Assembly: GCA_038087875.1 (NCBI GenBank) | Contig: JAXLNO010000044.1 | Coordinates: 1 to 60,369 of the forward strand | DNA length: 60,369 bases | Reading direction: 5' to 3' | From: Malacoraja senta | Taxonomy: Eukaryota | Part shown: in pieces, positions 53,051-60,369 of the stretch | Layout of the letters: each line of letters starts with the position of its first letter | Numbering within the stretch: position 1 is the first letter of the stretch | The notes under the pieces: generated by a model | Told to the model about the DNA's origin: nothing | The model's database searches: none | What the model saw: only the letters and a program-made list of their open reading frames with translations | Position numbers and translations under genes: made by a program

Positions 53051-53180
53051 CTCTCGTCTAACCTGGAATCCCAGCCAGGGTGGCGAGAGATAGGAGGATG
53101 TGCTCAGCTAACTTAGCTAACTCCCGCATCGCCTTCTTTCTATGTGTTCTACAGCTATCAGCTAAACAGAGAACAATCGT

Positions 53181-53400
53181 GGAGTGTGGAATTCTCTGCC
53201 ACACAAGGCAGTGGAGGACAATTCACTGGATGTTTTCAAGAGAGAGTTAAGATTTAGCTCTTAGGGCTAACGGAATCAAGGGATATGGGGGAAAGCAGGA
53301 ACGGGGTTGATTTTGAATGATCAGCCATGATCATATTGAATGGCGGTGCTGGCTCGAAGGGCCGAATGGCCTACTCCTGCGCCTATTTTCTCTGTCTCTA
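53181..53400 (+). mobile_element. CR1 3' fragment
   Basis: Homologous to 10292-10597. Confidence 0.85.
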
Positions 53401-54193
53401 ATCTAAGATCCCGCTAGTCCGCGGGACTCTGTAATAGACCGCTCCGCCAACCACCCTTTGGACCAGTCCCGTCGCTGTTCATCTCTATACCCTGACACTG
53501 TTGCACTCTCTCTCTCTCTGTGTATCTTGATACTGTCGTTGCACTCTCTCCTTGCCTCCTGTCATGTTCATTTGTTCCGGACACGACAGCCCAGCCCATG
53601 CCTCGCTTGGTCCTTGACCCTGGTAGCTCCTTCCTTCCCTCTCCCTCGCCGCCTCTCTTCCCTGCGCCCTGAGTCCTCGTAAGAAAGTGGCGAGGGTTGG
53701 CAAGACATTGTACCTGGCCAAACAGGTCCGGAAATCGAAACGACCAGGAACCGAGAGAAAGGGGACAAGAGCGGGAACAAAAGTGGAAACCCCGCGGAAG
53801 AGATGGGAAATTAAAAACGGGGATCGGCGATAATGGGAGAGGAAATTATTTATTTTTAAATTCTTTGTGTTTGTCTTTTTTTTAAATGAAATAGTGGTGA
53901 AGTAAAGGATTAGTGGAGAAGGGAAATTGGGGGGGGGGGGGGGGAATAAACAGAACGGTTCCAATAAATCAGACCTCACCGCGAGAAGGTATTTATTTAC
54001 TTGAGAATCGGTGAAAGGAGAGCTAGTTAAAGGGGAGAAGGGAGCGAGAATGGGAACGGCGATGAGGATTGACAGAGGGAAGTTAGAACGAGCTGGGAGG
54101 ATGGAGAAAGGCATAAAACGAGCAGCGGTTGTTAAACAAAAAAAGTGAGCCAGGGACCGGCGTCAGATGGAGAATTGAGAGTAAATCGCCTAC

Positions 54194-54335
54194 CTGAAGC
54201 TGAAATCGCAACGGGTACCTGTTGGAGGTCCGCTCTTCTCTGTTTCTCTCTCGCACACAAACACACAGCAAGTTGCTCCGACGCCTCAATCCAGAATCAG
54301 GTTGTGTGATTTAGCACTGCCCATATATCTCACTC
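54194..54335 (-). promoter_or_regulatory. Candidate PNOC promoter and non-coding exon 1
   Basis: TATA-like GATATAT at ~54323-54329, donor CAG|gtaggc at 54193, CpG-enriched unique flank 53400-54300; the first coding exon has an acceptor upstream of its ATG, so a 5' exon is required. Confidence 0.45.
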
Positions 54336-54454
54336 CCTCCTGATATCCCCTGACTATATCAGGCAGATCAGTCAGAAGGCAAAGTGCATACCTTCCAGGA
54401 ACAGCCGCATTTTAATAGCTTCTAGAAACCCTCATTCATTCGGTATCACCACAT

Positions 54455-54850
54455 TACTCAGTCACTTGCCCCTGACTCACAGTCACCGACTTCGGAGAGT
54501 CACTCACTCGTTTTATGACTCCTGACTTTCTCAGTCAGCAGCAGACCACTCACGCACAGTCATGTCAACTGAGAAGAACTTGGTCACTGACCCTGGAGAG
54601 TCAGTCTATCACTAGTACATCACTCAGTCACCAGTCCTCAACGTTGACTTAGTCACTAACACCTCACTCAGTTACTAGTCCTGAACGGTTACTCAGTCCT
54701 CGCACCTCACTCAGTCTCATACTCACATCACTTACTCTCACCAATCCCCAACATTCACTCAATAACTAACACGTCACCCAGTCACCAGTCCTCAAACATT
54801 CACTCAGGCACTCACACCTCACTCACTCACCAGTCCCCAACATTCACCGA
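54455..54850. repeat. Degenerate ~44-bp tandem repeat (CACTCAGTCACCAGTCCTCAACATT...)
   Basis: Recurring CACTCAGTCAC modules. Confidence 0.7.
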
Positions 54851-55309
54851 CAGCAATATAGCTCAAGAATAAGACCATCCATGTCTGGCCTGAATTAGTG
54901 CTTGCTGCACGTAACTCAAAGATCAGACCACAATGTCAAGTGCATTAGTAGCCACCAGGGATGAGGCCCCCAAATCTGCATTTGCTTAGAACACAACAGT
55001 AGAAGACAAGGATCAGATCCCCATATCTTGCACACATTCTACATAGTGCAGTATTTATTACTCAGGGATCAGATCACAACAGCCTGTTAGGAGACTGCAA
55101 CAGATCTTGTATAGTTCAAGCATCAGACACTAATCCCTCGTCTCAATCTACCCCTGTCGCAGTACACCTCGGGGAACATGTCCTAATGTCTGGATAGGGT
55201 CTGCAATAGATGCAGAGTAATTCAGGGATCAGAGACCAATACCTAGGTGCAGTGTAACCCAGTGGTCAGATCCCAGTCTTAATACAGTCTGTGTGTATAG
55301 ATTGAATTG

Positions 55310-55636
55310 AATAATCGATTGAAGGATACAGCATGCAAACAGGCCCTTCAGCCCACTGAGTCCATGCCAATCATCGATCATCCATTCACGCTAGTTTTAT
55401 GTTATCCCACTTTCGCATCCACTCCCTGCACACTAGGGGCAAGTCACAGAGGCCAATTAACTTAGTAACACGCACATCTTTGGGATGTGGGAGGAAGCCA
55501 GAGCACCCGCAGGAAACTCACATGGCCATTGGGAAAACATGCAAACACAATACAGCCTGTACCCGAGATTGGGATGGAACCCATGGCTCTGACATTGTGA
55601 GGCAGCAGCTCTACCCGATGAACCACTCTGCTGCCC
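55310..55636 (-). mobile_element. HE1-like SINE
   Basis: Homology to other copies. Confidence 0.75.
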
Positions 55637-56224
55637 TCAAAGGAGCCACTGGAAAAATGGTCTTGATCAATACCCAAATCTCAACTGAAAGTAGAAATAG
55701 GTAGAATGAGTTCATGAAAAAAATAGAGTATTGATTAATGTCTGACAATGGGGAGCTGGAAAACGCATGAAGTAAAGGTTTAACCCCTCCTGCCAGATAG
55801 GTTGTATTATGATGGATAGTATTTCTGTCCAACTGTAACAGAGGTGATTAAGAGAACTCCTGATTTATAATTGTGACAGGTTAAGGCAACCTGTTGAATG
55901 TGAAACCACTTTGTTTGTTCTCATGCATCACTCAACAACAATATCTATTTTTTATTTATTTCGCCCTTTGAAAATGATAAAACATTCCAAAATGTTTCTT
56001 TAAGTGTAAACAATCAAAATTTGATACTGAGTCTCGTAAAAAAGAATTAGAACAGAAAAACAAAAGCTTCATCAGATATCGATTTTAAGTAGGAAAGAGA
56101 GACAAAGAGTTGGGGAGCTTTAGATGAAAAACTTCAGATCTTAGAGCTCTGCTAGGTCAAGGAATGAGCAACAATAATTGAGATTAAATTGGCAATGATC
56201 AAGTATTTGAGAGCAAAAGGGCAC

Positions 56225-56476
56225 ATTCACACCAGCTCTATATTATTCCACTTTTGCATTCACTATTCACACACGAGGGGCAATTTACAGAGGCCAATTA
56301 ACCAACAAACTCATACGTCTTTGAGCTGTAGCAGGAAACTGGAGCACCCAGAGGAAACCCACATGGTTACAGGGAGAAAATGCAAACCCCACACAGTCAG
56401 CATCTGAGGTCAGAATTGAATCTGGGTCTCTGGCACTATGAGGCAGTAGCTCTACCAGTTGCGCCACGGTGCTGCC
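56225..56476 (-). mobile_element. HE1-like SINE
   Basis: Homology to other copies. Confidence 0.75.
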
Positions 56477-57239
56477 CTCTTAGAGGACTCTTAGTGATGA
56501 TTTTTAAACTATGGTAATATATAACGGGGAAGCAATTTGGGTCATCAAACTCCAGGGGTGAACAGACAACAGAATATCAGGGTTACAGAGAATAGAAAAT
56601 AAGAGGCTGTACACAAGTGCAGAGGAGGTAACAAATGCAAAGGAGGTTGAGGATGGGACAGGAGTTTGCAAGGAGATTGGTCAAGTAATCTCTAGGCTAA
56701 TAGGTTACATCCCTGTCTAAGAATGAAAAGACAACCCGCTGCCTTCAGATCATTGCATAATTCCATTTCCAAGCCATGATCTCAGGCTGATTCAAAAGCA
56801 TTGAACCGTACCTGCGTGACAGACAACATATGTGCACCCAATGACATTGATAAATGCCTCTGCTCATCTCTGTAATAATCCTCAGCCAATCTCAACTATT
56901 GAAGATATTACTTTCAATATCCCTGAACAAACTGGGGCCTTCGTGGCACGATTTCTGTACTGAATTAAATGGGGCTCTTTTAAAAATCTACACCTAATGC
57001 TGTAACTCATACAATGTCCCTTTCAAACACACATTAACTCCCAGCATGGCACTTTCATCTTATATTAATGGTGTCGTTCTTCTTTTGGGAGTGCCTCTGT
57101 ACCTTTAACCACCGCTGAGCTCTCCCTTTATCCAGCCTCTCGCAGCATAATTCCCTCTCATTGCTCCATAATCAGCAGCCGTGTCCTCAGATGCTTAGCT
57201 CCCACACTGTGCATTTCCCCTAAAATCGCAATACAGTTT

Positions 57240-57610
57240 TGCAGCTGGTAGTGCTGCTGTCTCACAACTCCAGCAACCTGGGTTTGATCCTGCCCTCGGG
57301 ATAGTTTGTCCGATGTAGACTCCCATGTAGAGTTTGCAAGTCCTCCTCATGACCAAGTGAGTTTCCTCTGTGTGCTCCGGGTTCCTCCTGCATACCAAAG
57401 ACGTGCGGGTTGATAGGTTTAATGGGCCACTCCAAATTGCCCCTATTGTATCGATGGGTGAGGTATGGGGTTGGAAGTGGGTAGTTGGAGGGGCAGGGAG
57501 TTGAGGAGAATTTTGGAACAATAAAAGGGTTATTAGTATAAATGGGTGCTTGGTGCCCACCACAGACTTGGTGAGCTGAAGTGCTTGTTTCCACCTGTAT
57601 AATTTTGTGA
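57240..57610 (+). mobile_element. HE1-like SINE
   Basis: GCAGCTGGTAGTGCTGCTGTCTCAC...GGTTTGATCCTG head. Confidence 0.7.
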
Positions 57611-58654
57611 GTCTAGGATTCTGTATATGAAGAAGCTTTCATTTTTTTTTTACCCTACATATTTTTTTTCCTTGTCGGGATTTCTTTTCGGAAGCACCTT
57701 GGATTGTTTTCCTGTGCCAAAGGATCTATCACAGTGAAAGTTTCAGTTATTTTGATGGAATTTAAACATCATTATTTTGTTATATGTTTTTAAACCTGAA
57801 TGGATTATTGAGCTGCAGTAGAAATTGTGTGCTGTGATGATTCTTAACAAAATTTTAAAGATTTATCTGCCAGCATGCATTATTTCTTTTGCAGCAGATA
57901 TTCCACATAATTAAGTCTGACTATTGCATTGTAGTTTATCAAAATAGTCACTTTATGAAAAGAGGGAGAGAATTGAACTGACCAATTATCTTTTGCACCT
58001 TTTTAGCATCAGTAAAATTGGCAGAATAGTGGGTCATTTATCATTACTGTGGACAGTAAAACGAAACTTTGGGTCAAATGAATGGTGTCCAAAAATCAAA
58101 ACACCATGTAATTGTATCTCCCAAACAATGACCATAAATTTGAAACTCTCAAAAGGGTTCTGAAGTGTGAACATATTGGCAAAGATCATATCTCACCATA
58201 TCTTTACATCTTATTTCACCGCATCAGGAGGCACCAGAGTGCTGTCAAAGGAGCACTTGTAAAATGGATCTGCCAACAGCTTGTAATGGACCCAGCCTCA
58301 TCCCACGCTCTGGAGAGCATCTAAGAGTACAAAGTGGATCTGAGTGTACTGATTCATGTTTCAAAGTGTGGGAATTGCTGGCAATGCTAATATTTTCTTT
58401 CCATTCCAGTGATGGTAAGTTGTCTTAATGCACCACAATATGTTGTGTAAAGATATATCACAGTGTTGTTGGGTAGGGCATTCCAGCATTTACATTTCTT
58501 ATCTATATGGCCATATACTGTATGCTTTCCACTGCATTCATCTGGTATTGAATGCTTAAGCCACTTTCTCCCCATTACGCCATACCAGCCCACACTGGTT
58601 TACTTTTACTTGTGATTTAGATCCACTGATAATGAATAGACAGCAACATATTTG

Positions 58655-58785
58655 TCTGTCTGAAGAAGGGTTTCGGCCCGAAACGTTGCCTATTTCCTTC
58701 GCTCCGTAGATGCTGCCTCACCCGCTGAGTTTCTCCAGCATTTTTGTCTACCTTTGATTTTCCAGCATCTGCAGTTCCTTCTTAA
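58655..58785 (+). mobile_element. Penelope terminus with the best-preserved minimal hammerhead motif
   Basis: CTGAAGA-A-GGG-TTTCGG-CCC-GAAAC-GTT at 58660-58687. Confidence 0.7.
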
Positions 58786-59759
58786 GCATATTTAAGCCTA
58801 CTGAAAGTATCCAAGTGATATGCTTTTCTCAATTTCAGTCTGTATATTTAAAAGCACGTTGAAACCATTACAAGGGTGTCCAAGGGAGATGTAGGTTCGT
58901 AGTTACCTGGTGATAGAATTAAATCCCATCCATTTGCACTGCATGCAATATTCACTTGTCGGAGTTGCATGTAAGTAGCAAGTAAAAAGGGGATAATGTG
59001 CTTTAAGAAACCTTCTCACCTTGACAGTTTTAATTAATCTGCTTCATCCGATTCTCTAGCCCTGCAGGCCATGCATCAGAATTGAACACACTGCAGTGTG
59101 TCTGATAAGAATGGTAATTGAGTTTACACAAGGTGCACTGCATCTCGTATGCAAACCTAAGCAGATGACGGAGATGGGGAGAGCAATAGGTAGACTTTGT
59201 CAGAAGAAGGGTCCTGACCTGATACGTCACCTATCCAGGGCTGCCAACATTGGGTGAGAGTTGAGAGTGAGAAATTGCGAGGGAGCGTAGCGACCGAGGG
59301 GGGAGGGTGTGTGTGGGGAGGGGGGGGGCGTATCCCCCCCTCCTAGGGTAGGGAGCTTTTGCATTTTTCAGCTTGAAATTGTGCAATCTGGTGCATGTCT
59401 TTTAACTTACATTTGAATGCAACATTTATGCTTTAAATTGGATTAGGTATGAATAAGGTTAGGCTAAATTACATTCCTAATTACATTGCACAGTAGAGCC
59501 AGGCTCTGATCAACAGGTGCAGCACATGAATGACCTTAGTATATTCATGTATGGAAATCAGATTATAATTCATGCTGTTATGCATATATATAGAGAAAAA
59601 AATAGAAACAAGGCAAGAGTCGGACTTCCATCACTGTTCTTCACAAATAAATCAATCAACCTTACCCTTTGACTATAGAAACAAGACAAAAATAATCCCA
59701 CATATTCAACCAAGTATATGGTTCAATGAAATTAAGATATATATGTAAAACATATATAT

Positions 59760-60032
59760 GGAAACAGGCCCTTCGGCCCACCAAGTCCACACCGACCAGC
59801 AATCTACCATACACCAGTTCTATCCTACATGCCAGGGACAATTTACAGAAGCCAATTAACCTACAAACCTGCACTTCTTTCAGATGTGGGAGAAACCAGA
59901 ATATCCAGAGAAAACCCATGTGGTCATAAGGAGAATGTACAAATTCTGTACAGACAGCACCCTAGTCAGGATCAAATCTGTGTCTGTGGTGCTGTAAGGC
60001 AGCAACTCTACCGCTGTGCCAACATGCCACCC
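59760..60032 (-). mobile_element. HE1-like SINE
   Basis: Homology to other copies. Confidence 0.75.
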
Positions 60033-60200
60033 CATTAGATTATTTTTTCTGTAATATATTTATTATGGTGTCACGTCAATAAAGATGAACACATGATTCT
60101 GATTTCTGCCCTTAGTTGGATAACACACATCTCCAGTCATTGTGTTTTACATCCATATGGCTGGTTTTCAACCTCTTCAGTCTGAAGGTCTCGACCCGAA

Positions 60201-60369
60201 ACATAGAAACACAGAAAATAGGTACAGGAGTAGGCCATTCGGCCCTTCGAGCCTGCACCGCCATTCAATATCATCATGGCTGAACATCCAACTCAGTATC
60301 CTGTACCTGCCTTCTCTCCATACCCCCTGATCCCTTTAGCCACATCTAACTCCCTCTTAAATATAGCCA
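60201..60369 (-). mobile_element. CR1 3' end (runs off the window)
   Basis: Homologous to 44741-44925. Confidence 0.85.

Noticed and set aside
53485..54114. 209-aa minus-strand ORF
   Set aside because: Compositionally biased, no domain; falls in the predicted intron 1
59236..59400. hAT-like terminus CAGGGCTGCCAAC
   Set aside because: No matching opposite TIR or TSD found

Overview
Vertebrate genomic DNA, most likely a cartilaginous fish (skate/ray/shark, inferred from HE1-type SINEs, Deu-domain SINEs and the CR1/Penelope families). Two host genes lie tail-to-tail. The last four coding exons of FBXO16 are on + (6195-18292). Prepronociceptin (PNOC) is on -, with coding exons at 39085-38963 and 34403-33837 and a candidate non-coding exon 1 near 54.2 kb. 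No ZNF395, which lies between these genes in human, is recognisable here. Between them is a very young 6.3-kb class I (gamma/epsilon-like) endogenous retrovirus (19603-25936). It has 571-bp LTRs differing at one base I could find, a TATG target duplication, a tRNA-Leu PBS and two large internal deletions. Its leader has three 205-bp tandem units that each fold into a long stem capped by a four-way junction. The nociceptin peptide is unusual: it has a Met-enkephalin core YGGFM and is 23 residues long instead of 17. The rest is transposon-rich: head-to-tail non-autonomous Helitrons, a Helitron carrying a 64/69-bp satellite, Tc1 and Harbinger elements, CR1 LINEs, SINEs, and many Penelope-like fragments with minimal hammerhead-ribozyme motifs. 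All calls are by eye and from recalled family knowledge; no searches were run.
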